A stretch of 54,536 nt of DNA, from the IMG/VR virus record IMGVR_UViG_3300048895_000171, positions 1 through 54,536 of that record; one strand, given 5' to 3'. This document shows, in pieces, positions 38,386-47,783 of the stretch. The position numbers were made by a program, and so were the translations under genes. How positions within the stretch are numbered: the stretch's first letter is position 1; each line of letters starts with the position of its first letter. The notes below the pieces were generated by a model that saw only the letters and a program-made list of their open reading frames with translations, had not been told where the DNA came from and ran no database searches. The stretch comes from a virus (lineage: Duplodnaviria > Caudoviricetes).

Positions 38386-38549
38386 TCAACGTATTCCTGG
38401 GTGCAATACGAAACCAGCTTTCCGACACCATGCTGCTGATCTGAGTCAACCCTGACCGATTCCATTGGAATGTCGAACGTGATTGAATCCGGGTCGGAGT
38501 CATCTGGTATCGACACCCTGAACTCCACCATTATATCAACGGTTTTCAT
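38382..38549 (-). CDS. 55-aa hypothetical protein (not in the ORF track)
   Basis: MKTVDIMVEFRV..; ATGA overlaps on both sides. Confidence 0.55.
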   Translation of the reverse strand: MKTVDIMVEFRVSIPDDSDPDSITFDIPMESVRVDSDQQHGVGKLVSYCTQEYVE

Positions 38550-38689
38550 TTCGCCCTCCTCTTAGGCCACCTCGCCCATATCCTGCCTTTTATGCAGAAG
38601 CTGCCAGCGCGATGCTCTCCGACGTGACCCTTGGGTCTGGTGCATATAAACCCAGCACCATTCATCTCTCTGCATGGTTCCCTTTTCAT
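38546..38689 (-). CDS. 47-aa Cys/His micro-protein (not in the ORF track)
   Basis: MKREPC..CTRPKGHVGEH; ATGA overlaps on both sides. Confidence 0.55.
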   Translation of the reverse strand: MKREPCREMNGAGFICTRPKGHVGEHRAGSFCIKGRIWARWPKRRAK

Positions 38690-39483
38690 TTGGCCCCCTT
38701 CTTCGCCATCTTCTCCCGCATGGCGCGGATGTCGGCTGGCACCTTTTTGTAGAGGCTCTCACTGATTACGCCGCGCCCCTTGCAGAGCGTGCACTTGTCA
38801 GCGAGATGCCCGTTGCAGGCAGTGCAGACCGCGTAGGGTAGCGCATAGCTGATGGCCTCGCGAATCATGTTCAGGTCGCCAATCACCGACTGGCGCACCT
38901 CGATATAGAGCAGGTCGTCGTCCTTCTTGGCCCGCTCGATGCCGCACTTGACCTCGCTGACAATCTTCATCCAGTCTTGGACTTCACCGCGACGAGCCCA
39001 ATGCTTGAGGGCCTTATCCGGGACGGGATACCCAGTGCGGTCAAGTTCAATAATCTTTTTATCGGAACTGGCTTTGGCAGACTCGGCACGAAGTTCACTG
39101 TCAGCTTCACTGATTGTCCTTGAGGTTACGGCCCCCTTGGCGGCGGCCTTGGTTATTACTGCTACCCGGTTTTCTGGCTTCACTTTCTTCACCGCCCTGG
39201 CCTGCCTCGGGTTGAGAACCATGGTTCTCACTTCTGGTGGAAGTGACTTAACGACAACACCCATTTCCACGAGCATGTCGAAATACCGCTTTCCCATGTT
39301 CCACTTCTTTTCAACATATTCGCTGAAGTTCTTGTAGTCCCGGGAGTAGAGGCGCTCGTCTCGAATCACCTGCATATCCGCCAGCCACTCCAGAGTTGAC
39401 TCCATGTTCTTGGCTATCCGCTTCTCGAGTTTTATGAGCTTAATGCCCATCTCGATTGTGAACTTTTCAACTTTGTCGCTCAT
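38686..39483 (-). CDS. hypothetical protein, possible DNA-binding with C-terminal Zn finger
   Basis: IRDERLYSRDYKNFSEYVEKKW; CTAC..CTLCKG. Confidence 0.65.
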   Translation of the reverse strand: MSDKVEKFTIEMGIKLIKLEKRIAKNMESTLEWLADMQVIRDERLYSRDYKNFSEYVEKKWNMGKRYFDMLVEMGVVVKSLPPEVRTMVLNPRQARAVKKVKPENRVAVITKAAAKGAVTSRTISEADSELRAESAKASSDKKIIELDRTGYPVPDKALKHWARRGEVQDWMKIVSEVKCGIERAKKDDDLLYIEVRQSVIGDLNMIREAISYALPYAVCTACNGHLADKCTLCKGRGVISESLYKKVPADIRAMREKMAKKGAK

Positions 39484-39667
39484 TGGTTTTTTCCTTTTTG
39501 ATGATTTTCAAGGCTTCCTTTATCTCATCTCTTGTTTGATCGATTGCCGACCTGTCGTGTTTGTCCAGACCTAGCTGGCACTGGTCATCCCTTTGAAGTG
39601 TGCCATGCAAGTCCGCATCCGCACACCTCAGCGCAAGGATTACCTTTTTCTTATCTTCTCCACTCAT
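39467..39667 (-). CDS. hypothetical protein
   Basis: 66-aa ORF. Confidence 0.5.
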   Translation of the reverse strand: MSGEDKKKVILALRCADADLHGTLQRDDQCQLGLDKHDRSAIDQTRDEIKEALKIIKKEKTNERQS

Positions 39668-39750
39668 AATTTATTCCTGCTTTCTTGCGATGATGACTAT
39701 GGCCCCGATGAACGCTACCACCACGACCCATACCAGATCATCAGCATAAT

Positions 39751-40620
39751 TCATGCGGTCGGCCTTTTCATCTTGATTGGTTGAATCCGGCACGGGGTTA
39801 ATGACTCGCGAATCTTTCGATACTGCGAAGGGAACATGCTGATGAGGAAGTCCTGGCCCTTCGTGTCGTCGAACACTTTTTGGATTGGCTCGTTATTATG
39901 GAATGCCATGACGCATCGCGAGACTAATCGAAGCCCCTTCTCATTGCGAAGCGCTCCTCTCATTTGATCGAGATTCTTGCGCATCGTTCGTGCCGCGTAG
40001 CCCATGTTCTCAAGGGAATTGAGTTGAAGACACATGGCCAAGGCCTTGTCTTTTTCTGCGTGATGATACATTGCCAGAGGAGCAGTGACGTGGCTGACCC
40101 GCAGCGGTGCACTGGTCATCACTTCAATCACTGCCTCGACATCCTTTCCGAACTGGTCGTAGAGATGCAGAGAGCTGGCCGTGCTCAAGCGCCGTCCTCC
40201 GGCTGACGGAGCAATTATTAGGGCAATGCCGCGCAAAGCTGCCGCAACGACGTTGCTGTTCTTGATTCCATGAGATAGCCCCATCTGCTGACCAGTGGTT
40301 CGAACCCGGTTTCTATCAATGGAATCCATCGTCTTGATTTCCACTCCGCCGATGTTCTCCGCCACTGGCACGTCGCGCGTGACATTCATCTGGATGGTGC
40401 AGCCGCTGAACACAATGGCCCAAAGACGATGCTGGCCGTCCTGCAAGTTTCCATTGGTGTCGAACGCAATGCCTTGGTGCGTCAATGACCACCGTCCGTT
40501 CTTCATGTCCAGCGCGTAGCTTTGCACTGTCGATTCAGAGATGCGACGGTTGATGGTGTTGTGATTTTCCAGCCACTCGGTTGCGATGGCCGGGGTGATG
40601 AGTTCAATTTTGGTTTTCAT
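39751..40620 (-). CDS. ParB/Srx-like (DGQHR) domain protein
   Basis: NRRIS..YALDMKNGRW..QDGQHRLWAI. Confidence 0.75.
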   Translation of the reverse strand: MKTKIELITPAIATEWLENHNTINRRISESTVQSYALDMKNGRWSLTHQGIAFDTNGNLQDGQHRLWAIVFSGCTIQMNVTRDVPVAENIGGVEIKTMDSIDRNRVRTTGQQMGLSHGIKNSNVVAAALRGIALIIAPSAGGRRLSTASSLHLYDQFGKDVEAVIEVMTSAPLRVSHVTAPLAMYHHAEKDKALAMCLQLNSLENMGYAARTMRKNLDQMRGALRNEKGLRLVSRCVMAFHNNEPIQKVFDDTKGQDFLISMFPSQYRKIRESLTPCRIQPIKMKRPTA

Positions 40621-40622
40621 AA

Positions 40623-40874
40623 TTATTTCATTAACTCGTCGGTTACTTCGATTTCAGGGACATTGTGTTGGAACTTGATTTTGCAGACCTTGCCAGAAGG
40701 AAGACCTTTGACATTTTCAAAGATGAATCTCCACAGAATCAACTTCTGCCTTGTGGAACTTCCTTTGTGATTTACGAAGTCGTCGTAGAGCTCACAGAAT
40801 TTCTCCTGATGCTCTTTTGGAACCATGATTACGACCGGCTCCGGCTTGGGTGCTTTCTTTTTGAATGGCCACAT
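40623..40874 (-). CDS. hypothetical protein
   Basis: 83-aa ORF filling the gap exactly. Confidence 0.6.
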   Translation of the reverse strand: MWPFKKKAPKPEPVVIMVPKEHQEKFCELYDDFVNHKGSSTRQKLILWRFIFENVKGLPSGKVCKIKFQHNVPEIEVTDELMK

Positions 40875-40875
40875 T

Positions 40876-41982
40876 TTATTCCTTTCTCACGATGGATGGT
40901 TCGCTTTGTTTGGTTTCGGTGTTGCCGTCGAGGACTTCATCCATAGCCTCGTCGAGCTTCTTTCCCTTGAGGGCGGTCGCCTCTTTCAGCACCGCCTTCA
41001 AATCTGTCTTGCCCACGCTGACGCAGGACATGAACTTCTCCAACAGGACCCCCTGCTTGGAAACGCGGTCGAACACGACCTGTGCGTTGATGATGGGCTG
41101 GTTGATGCGCCCCGGCTTGAGCTCATACCCCGGAACTGACTCCGGGTCTGACTTCAGGAGGGCCTTCATTTCGGCCTTACAGCCCTCCAGCCACTTTTCG
41201 GCCACTGGGAGCCGTTCCATGAACAAACGCCTCATGGCGGGCGTCCAGCTTGCAACGGGCACGGCTATAAGCTCCGATGTCTCCGGTGTGGCGACCATCT
41301 TTCCAGCAAACTGTCCATATTCAGGACACTTGGACTTCGCCTTGCAGAATTTGCACTGAACTTCACCGGCCGTCCGGGGTGCGCCTTCCTTGTTGCTGGC
41401 GTTGATGCGGTGATACATTTCCTCGCGCGCCCGCATGATCTGCTCTTTGGTATAGACGCAAACCTCCGGGCTGTGAGTGACGAACGGCTGGACGACCGCT
41501 GTGGCCACGAATTCCAGCAACGGACTGTTGTGCTCGTAAACGCAGGTCTGGTCACGAAGCTGCATGTTCTTCGATGACACCGGCACGTCGCCGGCCAGCG
41601 CCTTGTATTCGATGATGAGGGCCTTGGTTCCGAGCCGATACACAGCGTCGGTCTGACCGCTGTGTTTCAGTCCGTCTGCCCAGCTAATCCACCACCGCTT
41701 TTCACGGATGGGAACGATTGGCTTGGTGGCATCCGGAAACAACTGGGCGACCAGCTTCTTCTCGATGGTCATGCACGTTTCGTAGCAGTCGTCCTGCTCC
41801 GGCGTCAGTCCCTTGGAATCCTGCTTGGCCAGCGCATCATGGACGCGCGAGCCGTAAACTGAATCCCTGGTGCTGTCGTCAGGCATCCCTCGCTGCATGA
41901 GGTGACGAGCCTGACAGAGTTTGTCTGCCTCCGCGTTGGAGGCTGATGTTGATTCACCGCGATCTTGTGTTGTGGTTTCCAT
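40876..41982 (-). CDS. PD-(D/E)xK exonuclease (RecB/Cas4-like, RecT partner)
   Basis: GSRVH, SGQTD, IIEYK, QL, CKFCKAKSKC; start ATG 41982. Confidence 0.8.
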   Translation of the reverse strand: METTTQDRGESTSASNAEADKLCQARHLMQRGMPDDSTRDSVYGSRVHDALAKQDSKGLTPEQDDCYETCMTIEKKLVAQLFPDATKPIVPIREKRWWISWADGLKHSGQTDAVYRLGTKALIIEYKALAGDVPVSSKNMQLRDQTCVYEHNSPLLEFVATAVVQPFVTHSPEVCVYTKEQIMRAREEMYHRINASNKEGAPRTAGEVQCKFCKAKSKCPEYGQFAGKMVATPETSELIAVPVASWTPAMRRLFMERLPVAEKWLEGCKAEMKALLKSDPESVPGYELKPGRINQPIINAQVVFDRVSKQGVLLEKFMSCVSVGKTDLKAVLKEATALKGKKLDEAMDEVLDGNTETKQSEPSIVRKE

Positions 41983-41984
41983 AA

Positions 41985-42335
41985 TTAAAACGGCATTTTT
42001 ACTTCGTGGTTTGGGTCGGTTAGTTCCAGCGATGGCTGGATTGGGAATGATGACTCCGCCGGTTCTGGCGCAGTCTCTGCGATGTAGTTGTTTTGAGCAG
42101 AATCCAGAGCATTTCTGAATGACTGCCCATGTCGGTCGCACCAGTGCATCAGGTCGCACAGCAGGTCTTTCAGAACATCCTCCGGGTCAGTTGCGCTTTG
42201 ATGTGCGAACTCACGCATGGCATAGAATGCAAGTCCTGCACGTTCGTCATTCATTGCTTCCGGGTCTGGTGGCAGGCCTTGGTCACGCTGACTTGCGTGT
42301 GAATATACCGCGAACTCCTCGCCTGGTTCGTTCAT
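41985..42335 (-). CDS. hypothetical protein
   Basis: DLLCDLMHWCD small helical protein. Confidence 0.65.
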   Translation of the reverse strand: MNEPGEEFAVYSHASQRDQGLPPDPEAMNDERAGLAFYAMREFAHQSATDPEDVLKDLLCDLMHWCDRHGQSFRNALDSAQNNYIAETAPEPAESSFPIQPSLELTDPNHEVKMPF

Positions 42336-43411
42336 GCAACCCCCTTTACCCTTTGGAAGATGTCGTTCTTCTGCTTCTCAAGCATCTGGAAGACCGATGG
42401 TGATTCCATGAGAAGTTGCTCGATGGTGTTTGTTTCTGCGTCGATGGCTCCCATCTCACAAAGGCACGCCAGAACCTTCTCCACTGTCAGGCCAGCAGCG
42501 GCGATGTCCTCTCGCATTTTCTTGACTGGGCTGACAGTCTCACTGGGAGCTGCAACTTTGACTGCGGCCGGACTCTTGACTGCCGGTTTGGCTGGTTCTG
42601 GAGCCGACTTTGACTCAATTTCGACGACTTCGGGTTTTGGCTCGTCAAACTGGGGTGCTGTGACCGTTGATTCCCTCGCGTTGTCGATGTAGCTGACTTC
42701 CTCCGCGTCTGCGTCAATGACCGCGCCGCCATCCATCTTGATGGCCTTCTTCATTTGAATGGACTTGGGGCCGTAATGATTCAACAGCGACTTCTCGACC
42801 GTCTTGATGGCCATTTCATCGCGCTTGGTAATCCACAGGCAGTTGGCCTCCTTGTCGGGCTTGCCCTTGGCATAGCGATATTGCTTCGAGTATTGCATGG
42901 CGTGGTCTTCGATCTCCTCGCATGTCCAGAACTCGCCTCGCTCGAATCCGTTCAGCAGCTTGAACTTTGCTGCGTAGCCGATGACCCTGGCATCTTCCTT
43001 GCGCTGTGACTTGTCCACCACCAGTTCACCAGTGAGCTCGTCGTAGTTAATCAGCTCGCCGTCATAAACCACGGTTGAGCCGAACGCTTTGTATTCACCG
43101 CTTCGCATGGCAAGTTGAATGAATCCTTTGAACCCAATTTGGAACTGGGCTTGGTCGCCGTAGGGAATGATGTGCGCCTCGCCGATGTTCGGGTCAACCG
43201 AAAGGTCGAGGGCTGCTGCGGTCAGAGCTGCGCCGATGACTGAATTGGCGTCGCACTTTTGAAGCTGGAATGACTGCTTCACGATTTGGACGAGGGCTGC
43301 TCCGAAGGCCGCCCCTCGGTCGCCCATGATCTCCTTGAGTCGTGCTTTGACTGCGTCCGATTGCACGACGTCCTTGATGTTGTTGGATTTTATCAGGCTG
43401 GTATTACTCAT
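42332..43411 (-). CDS. recT: RecT-family recombinase
   Basis: AAALDLSVDPNIGEAHIIPY..QFQIGFKGFIQLAMRSG..EMAIKTV. Confidence 0.9.
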   Translation of the reverse strand: MSNTSLIKSNNIKDVVQSDAVKARLKEIMGDRGAAFGAALVQIVKQSFQLQKCDANSVIGAALTAAALDLSVDPNIGEAHIIPYGDQAQFQIGFKGFIQLAMRSGEYKAFGSTVVYDGELINYDELTGELVVDKSQRKEDARVIGYAAKFKLLNGFERGEFWTCEEIEDHAMQYSKQYRYAKGKPDKEANCLWITKRDEMAIKTVEKSLLNHYGPKSIQMKKAIKMDGGAVIDADAEEVSYIDNARESTVTAPQFDEPKPEVVEIESKSAPEPAKPAVKSPAAVKVAAPSETVSPVKKMREDIAAAGLTVEKVLACLCEMGAIDAETNTIEQLLMESPSVFQMLEKQKNDIFQRVKGVA

Positions 43412-43452
43412 GTTTTGTTTTGGTTTGAAATGCCGGAATCCCGGCAAAGTGT

Positions 43453-43728
43453 TCACAGTTTAGCAACCACCTTGTCGGCGGTCAATGGTTTTGAGATGAA
43501 TTCAACGGCCTTCGCCATCGCCTCATCCCTTGAGTTAAGTATTTCTGAGGTGAATACCCGCACGCCGTCCTTGGTGACCGTTGCGTAGTATGACTTTTCA
43601 TCCTTGTCGGTCCATTTGACGTAGATGTTGATGATGAACAGCTCTGATTGATATTCAGGAATCTGTTGAAGCCGACCCGGTGCGTGAACCGGGCACGGAT
43701 ATTTTCTCTGGAAGCAGGTGCAACTCAT
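43453..43728 (-). CDS. hypothetical protein
   Basis: 91-aa ORF, N-terminal CTC..CPVH. Confidence 0.6.
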   Translation of the reverse strand: MSCTCFQRKYPCPVHAPGRLQQIPEYQSELFIINIYVKWTDKDEKSYYATVTKDGVRVFTSEILNSRDEAMAKAVEFISKPLTADKVVAKL

Positions 43729-43738
43729 AAAATAAGAA

Positions 43739-43810
43739 TCGGGGCCGCAGCGTCGGTTCCTCTACCAACCCGCTGAACATATGACATAAACAGCGGTGCT
43801 GCGACCCCGA
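43739..43810 (-). ncRNA. 72-nt three-way-junction RNA element
   Basis: 13-bp P1 and two 6-bp inner stems, with G-U wobbles only on the minus strand. Confidence 0.55.
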
Positions 43811-43816
43811 AATTGT

Positions 43817-45025
43817 TTAATCTCCCATGTGGCCATGCTGGTTTCCATACCCAGCGCCAAGGCCATATCCGTATCCGTATCCACCATTGGACGGAACGCC
43901 GTTTTTCTCTGCGGCTAATTCCTTTCTGGCTTCCTCGGCGGCCTCCTCAGCCTCCTCCTCAGCCTCACGACGCTCATGCTCATCGAACAGATCGACAAGT
44001 TGGTAGCGAGTGTGGTGCAGGGCGTCGAAGATCGCCTGAATCAACTTGAACTCTGAATCATTGCCCAGGAACTCGATTACCCGAGTTAACTCCCAATCCG
44101 TTGTGTGATTCAGTCCAGCCATCACGATGATGTCGTCGAACACATCCATGATGGTCATGTTCTGCTTCTCCTTCTTGGTGCGCTTGATGACCGTCATTGT
44201 TTCATCGTCTCCGGCGTCTGTCTTGACCTCGGTGCCGGGAGTGTTGTGACCAGTGGTCGGCGTTACGATGTTCGAGCCCTTTTGCTTGTCCTGCCATTCG
44301 TAGCGACCGCCGTAGGTGGTGACGACCGGCTTCTCGATGATGTAGTTGTCATGCCACATCTTCGGGAACTGGGTTTCTATCGGTGCTGGAACGCACATCT
44401 GCTTTCTGGCCGTCTTGTCAACCAGCTCAGTGATGCTGAATCCCAACTCGGCAACGAACAGGATTTTGTCGATGAACTCCTTGCCGATGTCCCAGAAAGC
44501 CGACATGTCCGGCTCGAACTTATTGCCCTTGATGTAAAGGCGGGAGTGTATCGTGAACTGCTCCTTATCCATGCTCCCGACGGTGATGTGCAGACCATCC
44601 ACCGCCTTCTCGTCGTCCGTGTCCGTCGAGCTCTGGAACGCGCTGATCGAGCAGTGATGATGAACCGTCCCGAAGGCCACATAGCCCTCCGGTATCTGCT
44701 CCGCGCGCTGCTTCTTGGAGTCCTCGTTGTCCTCCTCCTTGGTGGCCAATGAAGTGCCACCCTTCTGCGGGAACGCCCACGCCATCCATCCTTTTTCAGG
44801 ATGGACGAACAGGCGAACCTGCGCCTCGCTCTTGTGCTCCTTGTAGGTCCACTGGAAGAAGGCCAGGATTTCCGACCACATGGCCGGCGTTATCTTGGGA
44901 CCGCTCCAGTTGAAGGTGGCACCGGTTTCAGAAACCTTGTGCTCCAGCACGCAATCGAACAATCCTGGATAGGACTTGTTCTCCACTGACTTTCCACTGC
45001 TCTCAATTATTTTTCCTGCTTTCAT
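43817..45025 (-). CDS. JAB/MPN+ metallo-isopeptidase (DUB-like)
   Basis: Catalytic Glu in SEAQV and GTVHHHCSISAFQSSTDTDDE (HxH-x7-S-x2-D), DGLHITVG. Confidence 0.85.
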   Translation of the reverse strand: MKAGKIIESSGKSVENKSYPGLFDCVLEHKVSETGATFNWSGPKITPAMWSEILAFFQWTYKEHKSEAQVRLFVHPEKGWMAWAFPQKGGTSLATKEEDNEDSKKQRAEQIPEGYVAFGTVHHHCSISAFQSSTDTDDEKAVDGLHITVGSMDKEQFTIHSRLYIKGNKFEPDMSAFWDIGKEFIDKILFVAELGFSITELVDKTARKQMCVPAPIETQFPKMWHDNYIIEKPVVTTYGGRYEWQDKQKGSNIVTPTTGHNTPGTEVKTDAGDDETMTVIKRTKKEKQNMTIMDVFDDIIVMAGLNHTTDWELTRVIEFLGNDSEFKLIQAIFDALHHTRYQLVDLFDEHERREAEEEAEEAAEEARKELAAEKNGVPSNGGYGYGYGLGAGYGNQHGHMGD

Positions 45026-45032
45026 ATGTTTT

Positions 45033-45959
45033 TTAACTGTTTTCTTCCAATCTGTCCACCAGCTCCGGCTCGTTCTGATTTAAGAACTCGATGATGGTAT
45101 CAATCATAGCCTTCTCGCCCATCTCCGGGTTTGCTGATGAGTCTCTCACGTCGTTCGAATCATGTTCTTCGTAGTCTGGGCCGTCATCTGACCACTCCAT
45201 GTTCGGGAATTCCCCTTGCTGCTGATTGCTGATAAGCTCATCAATCAGTTCCTGCTTTGACACGCCATTCTCGATTTGCTCCCGGAGGTCATCAAGCGTG
45301 ATCTCCACGTTGTCCGTGCCATACCGAGTCACGCTGTATCTAGCCCGGCCGGTCTCCACGTCTTGAAACTCGAACTTGATTGTCACCGAAGGCTCACCGA
45401 CATTGACCGGCCTGGCCTTGCCCTTGGTTAGTTTCATCCGAGCTTGAGGAATCGGGAATGTTTTCTCAATCCACTCCTTCAGCTTGTCGAACGTGTCCAG
45501 CGAAGCCTCGGGCATCGCCTTCACTTTCTTCATGATGTAGCCACGGATGAGCGGGTTCGTTGGCGAATCCTGCATCAGTCCGATGAATGCCTCATCGAAG
45601 TGGTCGCTCAGATAACTGAGTGTCCCGTCCTCCCTCGGCTTTGGCGGTTCCTTGGGAGCGTCCAGCAGAATCTCCAGATATGTGTTCTCATACCAGCTTG
45701 TGATGTGATACCATTCAGCAACGGTTTTGATTCCTGCTTTTTCTCGAGTCACTCCATCCGAGTCTTTGTAGTTAGCGCTTGTCGAGTAAGTGCCATCCCT
45801 GAATTGGAATAACGCCCTCCTGTCCATGTATTTATGCCATTGTTTGTCTGCATTTGAGATTGCGGAATCTATCTTAAAATCCAGTTCCCGGTCTCCGAAT
45901 GCTGGTGGTGCCTTTGCCGTTTCAATGGCAGCAGCCTGTGCTCTTGTTGGTCTTGCCAT
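45033..45959 (-). CDS. acidic hypothetical protein within the Ubl cassette
   Basis: 308-aa ORF between the E1 and JAB genes. Confidence 0.7.
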   Translation of the reverse strand: MARPTRAQAAAIETAKAPPAFGDRELDFKIDSAISNADKQWHKYMDRRALFQFRDGTYSTSANYKDSDGVTREKAGIKTVAEWYHITSWYENTYLEILLDAPKEPPKPREDGTLSYLSDHFDEAFIGLMQDSPTNPLIRGYIMKKVKAMPEASLDTFDKLKEWIEKTFPIPQARMKLTKGKARPVNVGEPSVTIKFEFQDVETGRARYSVTRYGTDNVEITLDDLREQIENGVSKQELIDELISNQQQGEFPNMEWSDDGPDYEEHDSNDVRDSSANPEMGEKAMIDTIIEFLNQNEPELVDRLEENS

Positions 45960-45961
45960 AA

Positions 45962-46627
45962 TTATTTCTTGTTTGGTTTCATGAACTCATACGAGTTCAG
46001 GTTCTGGCGGATGCGGTGCATCATCTCCTTGTGCACCGACCGCTCCAGTTTTGGTTTCTCCATCGCCTGAAGAACGTAGAGATGCTGCATCAGCGCCGCC
46101 GCCATGAAGTTGGCGGACACCAGTTGCACGTTCTTTGCTTGGGCCTCTCCGGTGCAGCCGATGGCCTCCGAGCGGGGGTCATCGCTGTTGTCCGTGAGGA
46201 TTTCAGGATAATAAACGCGCGGGTCGAACTGCGACCCCTTCCACATCGGGTCGTAGTAATACGCCTCCGCGCTTGTTGTTTCGTTGGCTCCGAAGATGGC
46301 CTTGCAGCCATACTGGTCGCACGATTCCAGCACCGCCTTTCGAGCCGGATTGTTGTCCACGCCGACCATAAACCAGTCGCTCGCGTCGAATGTCCACCTG
46401 CCATGTGAGAAGAATTCCTCAAAGGCATTGCAATCGTATTTAACAGCCAATGCGCCCGCCTTGTTCAATCCAATCTGGTCAAACTCGAACAATTGGCGGT
46501 TCAAGTTTTTCTTCTCCAGCTTGTCGCCATCAATGATGGTGACTCGATCTGAATTTGTCAGCAGGCACATGGCCGGAGTCAGCCAGGAGCCGACTCCGCC
46601 TGCACCGATGATGTAGATGTTCTTCAT
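45962..46627 (-). CDS. ThiF/E1-family adenylyltransferase
   Basis: IIGAGGVGS, IIDGD, NLNRQ, GLNKA, GVDN..AR, candidate catalytic Cys in GCTGEAQ..QL..AN..AA. Confidence 0.9.
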   Translation of the reverse strand: MKNIYIIGAGGVGSWLTPAMCLLTNSDRVTIIDGDKLEKKNLNRQLFEFDQIGLNKAGALAVKYDCNAFEEFFSHGRWTFDASDWFMVGVDNNPARKAVLESCDQYGCKAIFGANETTSAEAYYYDPMWKGSQFDPRVYYPEILTDNSDDPRSEAIGCTGEAQAKNVQLVSANFMAAALMQHLYVLQAMEKPKLERSVHKEMMHRIRQNLNSYEFMKPNKK

Positions 46628-46630
46628 GGC

Positions 46631-46957
46631 TTAGAACTCCCTTCCTTCGTTGATGGTTTCAATAATCGCATCCGCCATCATTTCCGTGTTTGGATTGCTG
46701 TCGTTGGTCAGCTCCGCATACTTCGCCTTGACCGCATTCACGATTTCGAGGAAGTTCCGCAACTGCTCCGTGGTCATCAGCCTTTGATGAACCCATGACG
46801 AGTTCCGGCAGGACACCAGCAGCGCATCGCGAATATCGATTGCCTCCGTCTTCATCGACTGCTTCCACGCCTCGATATTTTGAACCATCATCTTCTTGTC
46901 TTCGTTCGGCTTGACGGTTCCGTTGTTGGCGATTTCGTCGAACAGACCCGGCATCAT
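46631..46957 (-). CDS. hypothetical protein within the Ubl cassette
   Basis: ~108-aa helical ORF between the E2 and E1 genes. Confidence 0.6.
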   Translation of the reverse strand: MMPGLFDEIANNGTVKPNEDKKMMVQNIEAWKQSMKTEAIDIRDALLVSCRNSSWVHQRLMTTEQLRNFLEIVNAVKAKYAELTNDSNPNTEMMADAIIETINEGREF

Positions 46958-46959
46958 GC

Positions 46960-47706
46960 TCACAGCAGACCCCCAAACAATGCGGACATGGGAGTGCTGA
47001 TGACCGTGCACAGCTTCGTCCAGTGTTCTGAAGGTTCGAGCGACTCCGTCTCGTCCTTCTTGGTTTTGAACCGGAATAGGCTGTCCGAGTTCCCGGTGCC
47101 ACCGGCCAGGTCAGCGTTCCAATCACTCGCATTGAATTGATTCAACGCCATGCTGAACGCCTCCGACACGGTCGGGGCCACGCCCTCGAACGAGCCCATG
47201 CACACCGCACAATCGTCATACACGTTCGAGATCGGCAGCTTGTAAGCCCTCTTGTCCTTGTCGTAGGCGATGAGCCAGTTGGACTGGTCAGGAGAGGTCG
47301 CCGGCTTGTGCTTCAGGTCAGTGTGGTTGTAGATGCGCGACGCGAACAGCAGCACCATGTCTTCAGGAACCTTCCACAATGGAGCCGCCGCGATGTAGTC
47401 GTTGTCATCATCCTTTTCTTTGAACACCGGAACCAGCACCTTGTCGCCAATCAGCCGGAAGTGGCAGTTGAGTTTGATGTTCGAGAGCCTGGCCACCGCG
47501 TAACGCTCAGTCATAGTGAACAGCAGGCTCGCCGTCCCGCCCGTCTCCGGGCAGGGGAACGCGCGCTTGAGGCTCATCGTGATATTCTTGTTGAACTTTT
47601 CCATCATCGCCGCCGTCACATCGCGAGGAGAGCGCTGGATGGTTGTTAAAAATGAAGTCCCATCAGGATGGAACTCAATAAATGCTTCGTCTTTTGGTCT
47701 TTCCAT
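46960..47706 (-). CDS. prokaryotic E2-like conjugating enzyme (Prok-E2_D/PRTRC-B-like)
   Basis: YKLPISNVYDDCAVCMG..FNASDWNADL matches the PxxNVxxxxxxCxG..FxxSxxNxDL pattern. Confidence 0.75.
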   Translation of the reverse strand: MERPKDEAFIEFHPDGTSFLTTIQRSPRDVTAAMMEKFNKNITMSLKRAFPCPETGGTASLLFTMTERYAVARLSNIKLNCHFRLIGDKVLVPVFKEKDDDNDYIAAAPLWKVPEDMVLLFASRIYNHTDLKHKPATSPDQSNWLIAYDKDKRAYKLPISNVYDDCAVCMGSFEGVAPTVSEAFSMALNQFNASDWNADLAGGTGNSDSLFRFKTKKDETESLEPSEHWTKLCTVISTPMSALFGGLL

Positions 47707-47728
47707 ATGTTTTTTATTTTAAGAGCCG

Positions 47729-47763
47729 AAAAAAAGCCGCCGAGGGATTGCTCCCCCGGCGGC
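47729..47763 (-). terminator. strong intrinsic terminator between Ubl and E2
   Basis: GCCGCCGGGGGA-GCAA-TCCCTCGGCGGC followed by T7. Confidence 0.85.
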
Positions 47764-47783
47764 AGTTATCGGCCGATGACTAA

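Noticed and set aside
40876-41982. CRISPR-associated Cas4 or CRISPR locus
   Set aside because: No repeat-spacer array or cas genes seen; proximity to RecT indicates a recombination exonuclease
45962-46627. ThiF/MoeB as a thiamine or molybdopterin auxiliary metabolic gene
   Set aside because: No ThiS/MoaD with terminal GG or other pathway genes; neighbours are E2, JAB and Ubl
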